A stretch of DNA of 64,000 bases from Camelus dromedarius. Its lineage: Eukaryota. Location: positions 97,652,001-97,716,000 of the forward strand of contig NC_087472.1 of the NCBI RefSeq assembly GCF_036321535.1, read 5' to 3'. The notes below the pieces were generated by a model, which was not told the origin of the DNA, searched no databases, and saw only the letters and a list, made by a program, of their open reading frames with translations. Of this stretch, positions 47,498-60,289 are shown in pieces; positions within the stretch are counted from its first letter, which is position 1; every line of letters begins with the position of its first letter. The translations under genes were made by a program, and so were the position numbers.

Positions 47498-47705
47498 ACA
47501 ATAACAATAGCTACAATTTATCGACTGCTTAAAACATTTCAGACACAGTGCTAAGCACCTAATATAATTCACTTTATTTAATCCTTTTCATGACCCAAGA
47601 GATAGATATTATCATTTCCTCCATTTACATATGAGAAAACTTGAGCAAGAAGAATTTAGATAAGGTTCTCACGGTCACACAGCTAATCAGTGAAGCCAAG
47701 GCTTG
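47498..47705 (-). mobile_element. MIR SINE
   Basis: 'ataacaatagctacaatttat...cacagtgctaagcac...ccatttacatatgagaaaact...ggtcacacagctaa'. Confidence 0.8.
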
Positions 47706-47749
47706 GGTCAGAAAATATGTCCATTGTCAAGATATTGTTTTCTCTTTAA

Positions 47750-49335
47750 TTTTTTTAACTTTTTGTTTTGAAATAATTTTACCTTAAAGTAACATTGGAA
47801 GAGTAATACAAAGAATTCCCTTACATCCTTATCCAGGTTCCCCAGTTTTTTATATTTTTTTATCATATTTGCTTTATCATTCCCTTTCCCTCTCAGTAGA
47901 TAGGTAAATTTATGATTTTTCCTCTGCATCAATTGATAGTAAGTTTCAAGCATGATGCCCCATTATCTCTGCTATAGGCTGAATGTGTCCCCTCAAAATT
48001 CATATGTTAAATGTTAACACCAAATGTAATGGTATTAGAAGGTGGAACTTTGGGAAATGACTAGGTCAAGAGGGTGAAGTCCTCATGAATGAGATTAGTG
48101 CCTTTATGGAAAAGACCCCAGAGAGCTAGCTCTGGGGCCCCGTCTGCCATCTGAGGACACAGTAAGAAGATAGCCATCTCTGAGCCAGGAAGCTGGCTCT
48201 CACCAGACACCAAATTGGCTGATGCCTTGATCTTGGACTTCCCAGCCTCCAGAACTGTGAGAAGTAAATCTCTTCTGCTAAAATATTTTTTAGTATAGTA
48301 GCCTGAACTAACTAAGACAATTTCTGAATACTTCAGGGTTTATTTCCAAAATGACAAGGACGCTCTCCTATGTAATCACATTACAACCACCAAAATCAGG
48401 AAAATAACATTGATCCAATACAGCCATCTAATCAATAGACCTTATTAAAATATGCTAATTATCCTAATAATGTGTTTCATATTAAATATGTATTTTTTTT
48501 GTTCTGTTCTCAGAGCCAATCCAGAATCAGGTGTTTCACTTAATTGTCATGTCTCTTTGGTCTCCTTTAATCTGGAATAGTTCCTCAGCCTTTCTTCGTC
48601 TTTCATGACTGGCATTTTTGAAGAGCACAGGCCAGTTGTTTTGAGGACTATCTTTCAATTTGGGTTTTTCTGCTGTTTCCTCATTAGATTCAGGTTGTGC
48701 ATTTCGGGCTAGAATACCACAGCAGAGATATTGTGTCCTTCTCAGTGCATACATCAGGAGGCCATGATGTCAGACTGTTTCATTACTGGTGATGTTAACG
48801 CTGGTCACTTGCTGAAGGTGGTATCTACCAGGTTTCTCCACTGCAAACTTACTATTTCTCCCTTTTTAATTAATAAATATTTTGTGGGAAGATACAAATA
48901 TTTTGTTCCTTGATAAATATTCACCCACTAGTTTTAGAGTGATACTTGCCTGAGTTAATTTTTACTATTATGGTTACTAAATGGCAGTTTTCTAATTCCA
49001 TCATTTTGTCTACATTCATTAGTTGACAATCTACCCTAATGAAGAGCTTTCCTCTCTCCCATATTCATTTTCATATTTCTTTTACTATTTATATTTGTAT
49101 GGATTCATGAATTTATGTTGTATCAATGAGTTATTTATTACTATCATAATTTACTTTGCTGCTCCAATTGTCCCAGACTTTGTCACAGGTATCCCCTTCA
49201 AGGTTGTTCCTGTGTTCTATGAACATGTCTTGAGCATTTACTTTCTGACACCACAAAATATTTCAGGTGTACCCTTTTACTTTCCCTGCCCCAGCCATGG
49301 AATCAGCCATTTTTCTGAACTAGGCTCTTGTTCTT
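47750..49335 (-). mobile_element. L1MC (L1MC4/5-like) 3' region, interrupted by MLT1A
   Basis: 'ttttgttttgaaataatttt', 'aatacttcagggtttatttcc...caaggac...aaaatcaggaaaataacattgat', 'gaaggtggtatctaccaggtttctccactg', 'ccctgccccagccatggaatcagccattt'. Confidence 0.85.
47970..48319 (+). mobile_element. MLT1A/MLT1A0 solo LTR nested in L1MC
   Basis: 'tgctataggctgaatgtgtcccctcaaaattcatatgtt...gccttgatcttggacttcccagcctccagaactgtgaga...actaagaca'; TSD atctc/atttc. Confidence 0.93.
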
Positions 49336-49599
49336 AACTTTTCTTTTTGTCCACTCACCAGGTCTTATGTTTATCCATATATGAACATAAGTAATACAGA
49401 AATCCAGAAATCCCTAGTAAGCAGCTGTTTTCACAACTACTACAGGAAATTTAAAACTCACTAACCTAGCTTGAAATCACTGTAAAATTTCCTAAAATGC
49501 CTTCTAAATTCCCCAAAAGGAATGACTTGGGCCCTAGGAAGATAAAAGATGATGAAAAGGAGAGCAAGAAAAGGAAAAGAAAGGAAAAAAAGAACAAAA

Positions 49600-49860
49600 A
49601 AAGTCATAGAAACAGATTTTTTTAGTACCTTTCCTGTGTCTGGCACCAAGATAGTTTCACGTGTAACTTCTCATTATATCTCTGCAGCCATTTCTCATGG
49701 TCGAGCTTATGATCCTCACTTAATAGATAAGATAATAGAGGTTTGGGATTTCTTTGACTTGCTCCATCCTACACAGCAAGGCAGAGAACTAGAAATTGAC
49801 TCTAACTAGATCACGTTTTAAACCAGTCTTCTCCCACCCAATGCTGCCTCTATACAGTTT
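49600..49860 (-). mobile_element. MIR SINE
   Basis: 'tgtgtctggcacc...atcctcacttaatagataagataatagagg...tgacttgc...acacagc'. Confidence 0.55.
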
Positions 49861-50559
49861 TAATGCTAATTCACTTCCTACATTCTGTTTCTTCAACTGG
49901 CCATCCCTCTACAACTTACATAGTAGTTCTTTATTTACCCATTTCCCAAATACCAGAACACCTTATGCTCAGACAGATGATAAAGACTTTCCTTAGCTCT
50001 AAGAACAACCTGTTACAACAAACATTTCCTTGAATTAGGATTCACCACTTGCTTTTTAGGTTAGCTTTATTTTCTGAACCGTGAAGCACTGTACCCTAGA
50101 ACCACTTGACATAAAACAGACAGCCTTTATTTGGCAGGTTGTTATTAATGCCTCCTTTAATAAACACTATACTCGGTGTCTCCATTTTTTAAAGAAGACT
50201 ATAAAATTTGGGAGGAAAATGCAGTTCACTCATCAGTAGACAATTTGAGAGAATGGGGAATTTTTATTTCTCTAACAGGGCAGAACTAAAATGTCTGATT
50301 AAATAGCAAAGCAAGGTGATGTTTATGGTGTTTATTCTGTGCACGAATTGATTACAGATCAAAAGCAGGATACATCTATAGATGTGTCCTAGCAAGTTAA
50401 AGCCGTCAGGATTCAGGCAGGGTTGTGCGAAACCTTTGGTGAAGTATGATGGAACACTTCCTAATAGAGCAACTAAGAATAGAGAATAACTAATTTTTGC
50501 ACATTTAAAGCAGTGTATTCACCTGAATTTGCATCTCAAAATAACTCTGAAGAAGAGTG

Positions 50560-50700
50560 GGTGTATCACCTCGTCCTCATTTTACAGGTGAGGAATATTG
50601 AAGTTCAGAGAGATGAAGTGATTTGCCTAAGATCTCACAGCTAATAAACTGGCAGTTGATACTCAAATCCGGCTTAATGTTCTTTATACCCCACCATGAT
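50560..50700 (-). mobile_element. MIR fragment
   Basis: 'cctcattttacaggtgaggaatattgaagttcagagagatgaagtgatttgcctaagatctcacagcta'. Confidence 0.8.
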
Positions 50701-51261
50701 TTAAGTCCGACAAATTAGATTTTTGCTAGAATCTCTCTGGGCTTAATCAAATCAATGTGAGCACATAGCAAAATAAAAGAAATCCATTCCCACTTTATTC
50801 CTTGAAAGCTCTTAATAAAAGATGGAAGGCACAATGTGGGGCCCTTTATTCTGTCATTCTAGCAAAAAAAAATTGTGTTTTGTTTTTGAGTAGATCACAA
50901 TATAACGTATGAAATATATTTTGGCCAAATTAAGAGCATCATACTGCAGAAATACTTTGCCTCTGATATTATGTGATCAGTTTATGCTATAGTTTCACTG
51001 TAGCAATCAAGTAACCTCTTCTATCATGTGAATAGGGATAAATATAAACCCAACAATACGCAGGAAAGAACTAAAGGGGCGTCATGGAATTGGAGAGTTT
51101 GCCTACATACCCACCACTACCACCCTTGACTAAGATTACTAACTGACACTTATGACACAAGGGGATTTAAATAGGGGATCATTTTTCTCATATTATGGAA
51201 AATTTTATGCAGATACTATGATCATTATATACAGAACCTAAGACCAAATTCTTAAACTAAA

Positions 51262-51500
51262 AGTAATAATCACTATCATGTATTGAGTACCTTATATGTG
51301 TCAACTAGAACACATGGTGCTTTATTGCCATTTCGTCGTTTATTATTGAAACTAAACTATTGTGATGTAGATATTTATTCCTATTTTTTTAAATGAGAAT
51401 ACTGACGCTCAGACCATGCAGCTGATAATTAGGGAAGCTGGGATTAGAATTTCATTGTATTGAGCGCCAAAGCCCATTCCCTTGACAACTTGGCTACATT
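51262..51500 (-). mobile_element. MIR SINE
   Basis: 'tattgagtaccttatatgtg...aaatgagaatactgacgctcaga...gctgggattagaa...ccaaagccc'. Confidence 0.65.
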
Positions 51501-52102
51501 ACACAATTAGAATGTTGTAGATATTATGGTAGACAGGAGTCTACTACTAACTCCCAATTCTTTTTCACATAGGAAGTTAGTGAATTAGCTTCAACCAGAA
51601 ATGTTTAGGTCTCTCTTTCAGTTATCTTTCATCTTTATGTACTGCCATTTTTCCTCTCTTATTTTTTGCAGTCTTCTCCTGGGTGTGGTGAAGACTTGAA
51701 TACTCCTTTTTCAGGAACCTGATTTCCAGTTATTCCTTTTCTAATTATTTGGACTTTGCTGCCAACTCTTTTTGCACACATGCTCTTCTATTCTGGAGTT
51801 TGTCTCTCCTGATGACTTATCTTCATCTTCTGGTCATTACTGTTGTAGCTCCATGGTACACTGTGCTCCATTTCTGTCACTTGTTGCTTGCTTGGCACAT
51901 TCTCTGTTTTTTGAAAATATGTTTCATGCAACTTTCCTGTGACATTCATGTCCATAAAAATTTGCCTTCTCTTCTATGGACCAGTTCTTAGAACCTATCC
52001 ATAATTAATCTTCTAGACAGTTAAGGGCTTAATTATTTTCATCTACTCCATCTCTTTCTTTTGGGCAGCAATACAATGGCCACTAGGAGGACAGTTTCCT
52101 TA

Positions 52103-52299
52103 GAACAATTCTCAAACTTCAGCCTGTATAAGAACCACCTGAAGGACTGGTGAAAACACAGAATGTTAAGCCCCACCCTCAGAGTTTCTGATTTCACAGG
52201 TCTTGGGCAGAAGCAGAGTAAGTGCTAAGACTGCTCTTCTAACACATTCTCAGATGATGTTTATGCTAGAGGTCCAGAGACCACACTTTGAAAACACTG
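52103..52299. mobile_element. MER5A hAT-Charlie MITE
   Basis: 'ttctcaaacttcag...agaaccacctgaagg...aaaacacaga...ccccaccctcagagtttctgatt...ggtccagagaccacactttgaaaacactg'. Confidence 0.85.
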
Positions 52300-52399
52300 C
52301 TTTAGACTGAGGGGAAAAAGAAAGCTTGTCTACCATGTCCCCATAGCATAGTATTCTTGTTGAGAACTCAGTCGTTTGACAATTCCTTAAAACCATCTG

Positions 52400-52935
52400 C
52401 CATATCTCAGCACATTTATTAGGTAGTGTGTATAAAAAGATAAAGAAGCCTTTATCCAGAATTTCAAGGAATTCATGGCTTGATAAGAGACATGTATGTA
52501 AATGAATAAATGCAATACAGTAATAATAAGGCCTGTAACAGTGGTAAAACAAGATAGCCAGAAGACAAAGAGGCGGTGGTTACTTCTCTCCTTAGAGGTT
52601 ACATCAGGGTTTATTAAGTGGAAATAACAGTTAAAAGGAGCCTTCAGAGGAGGTGTAGGTAGCAAATTCTAGGCAAATAGAAGTGTGTTCAAAACCACAG
52701 AAATCTAATGTTTGCAGAGGTGGAGGGGATTGGTCGGTTTTTGGTATGCTTTAAGTGTTGAGTGAAGTGGAGATATTAAAGGGATATGATTGAACAAATA
52801 GTGAGATTGGATCTTGTGTGTAATCTAACATGACCTTTTCCTGGGGTTGAGAGAGTAATTTGAGTGTTTCTATCAGTGAAGAACGTTATTAGACTTGAGC
52901 TTTGGAAGTATCACTGTGGAAGATGGTTGGGAGGA
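52400..52935 (-). mobile_element. L2 fragment
   Basis: 'cagcacatttattag...agacatgta...aattctaggcaaatagaag' antisense L2 pattern. Confidence 0.5.
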
Positions 52936-53049
52936 AGGAAGAACGTGGTGCCAAATAGAAAGCATGGATACCCTAGAATCAAAAGAGAGACTCTCATAGA
53001 CTGGGATACCAAAGATTTTGATACAAGGGAAAGTTCTGTTTAGTTTAGA

Positions 53050-53215
53050 AATACTCTGTAAACATTGTATTGTAATGATTGTATGTATGTGCCTGTCTTA
53101 CACAGTACACTAAAAATTCCTTTGATCATCTTTGTATCAACACTACCTGTGGTAGTACCTGACCTGGCTTTAGTACGAGCTCTAGAAATTTCTCAGTGAA
53201 TAGAAAATTAATGAA
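53050..53215 (+). mobile_element. L2 3' terminus
   Basis: 'ttgtattgtaatgatt...catctttgtatc...gtacctgacctgg...tgaata'. Confidence 0.5.
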
Positions 53216-54304
53216 ACCCAGTGTATCATTTATTCTCCTTTGGATTTCAGTCCTATTCTCTATAAAATGGGGAGGAAAGGACTTATTTCATTCTCCCCAG
53301 AATATGATAAATGAATGGATGAATATTAATAAAGTGATATATACTTATTAGGAAGCAAGTAGAAATGGATGGCATCCTGGTGATGGGATTTATCACACAA
53401 ATGATAACCAGTTGAACCTTCATTTATTTGAATAAAATTTCTGAAATTATCTCCAAATTGCTTTGGTAAAGATAGCTGGACTGAATTAAAACTGTTATTA
53501 CAGAAGTCTCCAAATGTCCATTAATTTTTTTGCGCAAGTAGACTAATTTGCAGAAGATTTACCCATTCCTGTATGAAACCAAGGCACTGCTGGTTCTGTC
53601 AGATAATTTTCTCAATTACATAACTAGGCAATTAAATAAACTGCAAAAAAAAAAAAAAATAGTTCATTGCTTTCGGAACCTCCCATTCTGATAGGAGTGA
53701 AATTCTTACCCGTAAGTGACTAGGTATCACCAGCTAAGCAGAAATTTTAAAAATAACTTGTTTTTAATTGTACCTATTTACTTTCCTGATCACTCTTTTC
53801 CTTAACACTCTAGCATTGGCAAGACGAAGACATTTTCATGCTTCTGTGATTTTACTTGTTCTTTCTAATAGCAATATAAATGTTCAGGGATTCAGATTCC
53901 AAGTACAAAAGAAATAACAAAATCAGAACTACATTTAGACATGCTAGAGATTCAAACCTAAGAGATAACATCCTAGAAAAACAGGGAAGGGGGAAGTGGT
54001 TACAAAATAAAGGAGAATTTGATTTTTTTTTCCAACAGAGGATGCTAGTTGGCCTTCAAAAATATGAGGGCTACGGATTCTGAACCTTGAATTCTAGATC
54101 CATTTCATCCTGGGGAAAAAAAGAGATTCTTAAACATGAAAAGGATTTGGAAAATATACTAAACACACACACTCTTTTCCTAAAAGTAATATGGCTGAAA
54201 GATATGGTCCAGCAAAACTAAAACACAATTCATAAAAGAGGAAGCTATCAGATACAAGAAACAGTGTGAGCAGAGAAAACAACAAAATCCATCCTTAAGC
54301 TGAA

Positions 54305-54411
54305 ACCAGTTTTTTTTCCAATGGGGGTGCTGTGGGCATTTTGGGTGAACAACTGCTTGTTTTGTAGACTGTCCTGCCTATTGCAAAATGCCAAGCATCT
54401 ATGACCCCCAG
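54305..54411. mobile_element. MER117-like hAT-Charlie fragment
   Basis: 'gggcattttgggtgaacaa...gactgtcctgcctattgca...agcatc'. Confidence 0.5.
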
Positions 54412-54899
54412 TTTTAAAGAAAGAGTTCTGAGAACAATAGAGACATAACACTTTTTAAAGTGAATAAAAAGCTAGAACAATAATACTGGGGGGGCAAGGA
54501 GTTATAGATAATGTTTATTGTGGTTCTTTGTATTATGAAAATTAGTATCTCAATGAGAATGATATGAACATGACAAAAGGCAACAAAGTGTAAAGTATAC
54601 TTCACTCTAAGCCTCATTCTTGCTTCCCAGACTGTCTTCAGCTTTTGTACATGCTGCCGTAACATATTTATCAATGTGAGTGTATCATATACACATACTC
54701 ATCTGCAGCTTCCTTTTTCCGCTTAATTTATCTAGCAGACATCTCCAAACCAGCACAAAAATAAACCTTAAACATCTTTGTTTTTGTTTTATGTTTGCTC
54801 ATTTTTGTTAAAAGTATTATAAATGATATGCATGGAAAATAAATGAAAGAAAGGATTTTGATAGACTTTGCAAAAAGCTACTTATCAGCTATGATTGGA

Positions 54900-55550
54900 T
54901 CGTAATTGAGGGGCACTTGGCCTTGCCTTGGAGGTGAATACGGCTTCTTGGAAGAGCCACGGCCTGAGCAGAGGTGGAAAGGGGAAAGGAGAGAGGCATT
55001 TCGGGCAGAGGGAGCATGAACCATCTATTTGGTGTCTATAGAGGATGACAGACAGTTTGGTATTGCCCAACAGAGATTGATGGAAAGAAGTGGGGAACAA
55101 AAGACAGGCAAGAACTGGTCATGGAAGGCTTTGTTGGCTGACAAAGAGGCTGGACTTTATCTTGGGAACCATTTGGCAAATTTCAGGTATTTTCAAATGG
55201 GAAATGGTGAAGCCGTATTTGTGTTTTGGAATGACTTCTCTAATGACTGAACAGATTTGAGCAGGTAAGATCAAAAAAGAAAAATCAGAAAAGGAGGCTA
55301 TTGTAAAGGTCTGAGAGTCAGAGGATGAAGATTTGGACTAAGATACATAGAGAAAGGAAAGGAAAGATTCTAGAGATATTTAGGGAGGAGAACAGACAGA
55401 ACTGAGACTTGTTTTATGTAGGGTACAAGGAAAGAGTTGAGTGCCAGGTTTCTGATTTGAAAATACAAGAGTAGGAATGAATGTAGAAGAGGAAGAAAAA
55501 AAATTCCATTTTGGACTTGTTTGAGGATTTTAAGTTTCCTATAGGATATC
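54900..55550 (-). mobile_element. L2 fragment
   Basis: 'ggcatttcgggcagagggagca...atggaaggcttt...tggactttatc...aggaggctattgtaaaggtc...agattctagagatatttag...tttggac'. Confidence 0.75.
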
Positions 55551-55599
55551 TGCCATGTATTTTTCAAGTGAAAGTTGTAAAATCTATGTCATATAAATT

Positions 55600-56031
55600 C
55601 ACGGGGAGAAAATGAATTCACTGGGAAATCTTGGGAACAGAAAGGCTCAACTGATATGGAAGACTCTTATTCTGTCAGTCTCTGTGGTGAACAAGATGGC
55701 CTCCAGTTTCCAGACTCATGTCCATCCGACCAGCTCAGTAACCTGAGGGAATAGTTGTAGCAGCAAAGATCTGGGAGGGGCTGCAGTTGGGAGCCCCAAT
55801 CTGGGAGCAGTTTAATCAGCTCATTCACTCAACTAATCAGTCATGAAAGAAGCAAGGTACTCTGGTCAGGCCTGGACTGACTCTTACATCATGGTTGGGA
55901 GTGGGGTTAGCCCCACTCCAAACACATGTAATGACACCGCCCATAAAAAAAAGACACTTCTTAAACTAGAATGAAGGGAGATAAGAGGAGAGATGCCAGA
56001 GAGGCAAAAAGTACAGATGTCTACTACTACA
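55600..56031 (-). mobile_element. MLT1J/K-like MaLR LTR
   Basis: 'caagatggcctccag...cagctcagtaacc...tctggtcaggcctgg...cagatgtctactac'. Confidence 0.55.
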
Positions 56032-56422
56032 TATTAAGGGATATATTCAGCAGAAAATTCTATACCACAGGCCTTAAGCTGGGTGACAGTAGAGAGAACC
56101 TTTCATTTAAGTGGAGTTTTGGAGTAACATTAGATGGCCTGAAATTTTTAATGACTGATAAGAGGCTGTTCTTGTGACAGAGACTGAAGAAGTTGTGGGA
56201 CCATCCTGAGATTTCATTGAAGGCAAGGGAAGGCCCATGGAGCAGGTTTGAAAGGACAGTGGGAGACAGTACCACATGGATTCCAGCTCATTCAGTAAAA
56301 TAATTATGTTTTTTGGAAAAAAAAAAAAAAGAACATGTATGTGAGGAGAAAATATCCAGTAATGCAAAAGAGCGCAAAAGGAAATATATCTCCTTCTCCT
56401 CTTTCCACTTTTAGCCCCCCAC

Positions 56423-56423
<1 letters not shown>

Positions 56424-56457
<34 letters not shown>
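56424..56457. repeat. (AC)17 microsatellite
   Basis: Perfect AC run. Confidence 0.97.
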
Positions 56458-56459
<2 letters not shown>

Positions 56460-56649
56460 AACCACTATGACAAGTCCTACCTTTATCTCTTCTGTGTTCT
56501 ATCAATTTTTTGTAAAAGTCCTATGTCATGGTTTATCCTCTTTAGATAATCTCAGTCTCTCTCCCTCCCTCTAATTTCTTTCCTCCCTTTCTCCCTCTTT
56601 CCCTTGCTTTCATAAAATATAAGAAACTTGGCACTTTTTACCATATCCC

Positions 56650-58030
56650 CCATCTTCTCTTCCTTTTTATATTTGTTGTAAAATTTTGGTACATGATATT
56701 TGTCAGATTAAAAAAGTTTTCTTCTACTCTGATGTGTTAGAAGTTATTATGGTGACATGGGATTCATTTTTATTAACTTTACCCATGCCTATTAGATGAC
56801 TGTATGATTTTTCTTATTTAAATGTTAATATAATTCTATAAATTGATATTCTAGTATTATGTCAACCTTGAAATCCTTGAATAAGTTAACACTGGTCGTA
56901 ATACCAAGCCCTTCCTGACCCTGGTAGCGAGTCATCATGAAGTTCAATCCCTCAGGATTCACTGGACTTTTGAAATCTAAGAACTGTTGTCTTTAATTTC
57001 TGGGGAATTATCATCAAGTTTCTTTTCAGATGTTCTCTAACATGAACCTCTTACTTCTCTCCTTCTGGAACTCCAGATAGAAATATGGTAGATTTTGTCA
57101 TTGGTGCTCCACGTATATTTACTATTTTCCATCTTTTTGTCTTTCCGTGCCTCCCACTGAATCATTTCTTCAGGTTCATCTTCTTGTTGCCTAATTCTGT
57201 ATATAAATTAACTATTAAACTAACTCTTTAACACTAAAATTATATTTTTATTTTCATTTTTTTCATGTCTGGAATTTCTCATTGGTCCTTTTTCAAAGGT
57301 TCTGTGTCATTTATAATAGTTCATATATACTAATTGATTTAGGTATAAAATCATGAGTTTCTCTCTCAGAATGTTAAAGGCCTTTTTGCATAATTGCATA
57401 ATGTTCTAGCTTGCAGTTATGCTTATGTAAAATATGATTCCTGTCTGATTCTTCAGAATGTATACTAACTCTGGTTGTCTCTGACTCTTCCTCTCCTCTC
57501 TCTCTCTCACTCATTCACACACACACTGTGCGACTCTTCTTTGTTCTGTTTCTGAAAATATTTAGACTCTTTCGTTTTTCATTGTTGTTTAAACATATCA
57601 GAGTAAGTCTGGGTGTAAGTTGTTTGCATTATTCCTATCTGCAATCAGAGGACACTGGGTGAGGGGAGGGTACAGCTCAGTGGTAGAACACATGCTTAGC
57701 ATGCACAAGGTCCTGGGTTCAATCCTCAGTACTGCCATTAAACAAACAAACAAACAAACCTAATTACCTCCCCCCTCCAAAAAAAACCCCAAAAAACAAA
57801 AACACCCAGAACATATACATAGAGAGAGAGAGAGAGAGAGAGAGGATATTTTGAGTTGAGAACATATATTGAAATTAGGGAAAATTTTCTCCTATTTCTC
57901 CATTTATTTCCTCTATTCCATTATATTAGTTATCCATATCCAAGACTCATTACTAGACTGTTGGACTTCCTGGATTGATCTTTTTTCCACTCTATCGTAT
58001 TTTCTATTTCTGTCCATTTGTTCTTTATTC
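56650..58030 (-). mobile_element. Fragmented ancient L1 (L1ME-type ORF1/ORF2 remnants), interrupted by Vic-1
   Basis: 'caaccttgaaatccttgaataag', 'tctggggaattatc...ttctctccttctggaactcc', 'tctcagaatgttaaagg' antisense old-L1 motifs. Confidence 0.6.
57663..57843 (+). mobile_element. Vic-1-type SINE with (CAAA)n and (GA)n tail
   Basis: ggggagggtacagctcagtggtagaacacatgcttagcatgcacaaggtcctgggttcaatcctcagtac...aaacctaattacctccccc; probable TSD agaggacact/agaggatatt. Confidence 0.93.
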
Positions 58031-58326
58031 GGAAATACATCTTTACTTATGTTAAGAAGAACTTTAATTAGAGTAAAATGGAACCTCTATATAAGCACTT
58101 TCATTCACTGCACATGCTACAAGTGCTCGTCTTCACTAGGTCCAGATTCCTTTACTGATAAAATGCACACATTAAAAAAAAGATAGATCTATAGAAACCT
58201 AGGAACAGAGCCTACCTCAGCCAGCCCTAACTTGTAACGTGAGCAAGCAAAATTTTAAATTGTAAAGTCCTTGAAACACAAGTGCATTTTGTACCACCAT
58301 ATTAAAGGCTCACATTTAGTGAAATA

Positions 58327-58746
58327 CAGGTATACTTCATTTTATTGTGCTTCACTTTATTGCACTTTGCAGATACTGTATTTTTTATAAATTGAAGGTT
58401 TGTAGCAATCCTACATTGAGCAAGTCTGTCAGTGCCATTTTCTCCAACAGCATTTGCCCACTTCATGTCTCTCTTACATTTTGGTAATTCTCACAATATC
58501 TTAAATCCTTCACCAGCAAAGATTACAACTTGCTAAAGGCTCAGATGATGCTTACTATTTTTTAGCAATAAAGAATTTTTAAATTAAGATATGTACATTT
58601 TTTAGGCATAATGCTATTACACATTTAATAGACCGCAGTATAGTGTAAATATACTTTTAGATGTACTGGGAAACCAAAAAATTTGTGTGACTTGCTTTAT
58701 TGTGGTGGTCTGGAACTGAACCTACAATATCTCTGAGGTATGTCTG
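58327..58746 (+). mobile_element. Tigger1 internal-deletion derivative (Tigger1a_Art-like), TcMar-Tigger
   Basis: TA|caggtatac...gtatgtctg|TA; the Tigger1 5' end is joined directly to the 3' end at ~58505 ('caatatcttaaatccttcaccagcaaagattac'). Confidence 0.9.
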
Positions 58747-59430
58747 TAATTAAAAAGTAATGAATCTTACTCCTGTAGATGAACATAGGGATTAATGAAG
58801 GCAATATTGTCCAGAGCCAGAGGGTGAATCATGAAGTGGAACCTGAGGGAAGCAGAGAGTCATCATCAGTGGGTGCTGTGAATATTAGTGGTACTAATTA
58901 TTTGAGATAATAATATGAAAATTTTGAGTTTGAATATAATACTCTTCCCACCAACTTGTAACATGACCATTACTGTAGACCACAACATTAAAAATTTATT
59001 GACTATTGAATACCTGATTTGTGCACCAAGCTTGTAAACTCAGAGGGCACACAGGCTTCAAATTATATTCCTTGGCTTTATACTGAATTTAAATTCCATC
59101 TTCTCCTGATTTAGGAAATACAGAGAAAAGCATGTGGTTATCTATAATAGGACAAAGATGTCATTATATTCCATTTTATCTTCTATAGTTTGGAATATTT
59201 GTCTGATTTCTATCTCCTAACCCAAGTAATCATATGCCAGAGTCCAAATTATTATGATGAAATATAGAATGAGTTTTATCATACTGGAAAAAACCGGTTA
59301 ACTTGTATTGAATTTATATTAATTTATAGAGAATTAAAACTGGTACAATATTAAACCAGCTGTTTCTAACATTACTTTTTATTCATCTCTCTTTATACAT
59401 TACTCATCTATTCTTATATGTTGTCTACTA

Positions 59431-60265
59431 CAGTAGCCACCCCACTCCCTTATCCAGGGTTTCATTTTCTGTAGTTTCATTACCCATGGTCAGCCATGGT
59501 CTGAAAATATTAAATGGAAAATAACAGAAATAATTCATAAGTTTTAAATTGTACACCGTTCTGAGTAGCATAATGAAATCTCATACCGTCCCCCTCCATC
59601 CCACCCAAGACGTCTATCACCCCCTTTGTCCAGTGTATGCCACCCATAACTCATTTAGTAGCCATCTCAGTTATCAGATCTGCTGTTGCGATATTGCAGT
59701 GCCTATGTTCAAGTGACATTTACTTTACTTAATAGCCCCAAAGAGTAAGAATAATGATGCTGGTGATTCAGATATGCCAAAGAGAAACTGTAAAGTGCTG
59801 CTTTTAAGTGAAAAGGTAAAAATTCCAAGTTTAATAAAACAATTGTGTGCTGAGGTTACTAATATATAAACTAAGAACAAATCTTCTATCCATGAAATTC
59901 TGAAGAAGGAGAGAAATTCATGCAGATTTTGCTGTTGCACCTTAAAGTGCAAAAAGTTATAGCCACAATGCATGATAAGTACTTAGTTAAGATGGAAAAG
60001 GCACTATGTTTGTACAATAAGATACTTTGAGAGAGACCACATTCACATAACTTCTATATCAGTATATTAATTATAATTGTTCATTTTATTATTAGTTATT
60101 GTTCTTAATCTCTTACTATGCCTAATTTAAAAATTAAACTTTAGCATAGGTATGTATGTACAGGAAAAAAATTGTATATATAGATTTTGGTACTATCTGC
60201 AGTTTCAGGCGTCTATCTACTGGGGGTTGTGGAACATATCTCCCAAGGATAAAGGGGGGCTACTG
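59431..60265 (+). mobile_element. MER44 (Tigger7-derived) DNA transposon with a transposase N-terminal remnant
   Basis: TA|cagtagcc...ggctactg|TA; 'ccttatcc', 'ggtctgaaaatattaaatggaaa', 'gccccaaag...gatgctgg...tatgccaaagagaa...taagtgaaaaggt'. Confidence 0.92.
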
Positions 60266-60289
60266 TACTTCCATTAGATCCCTTAGCAT

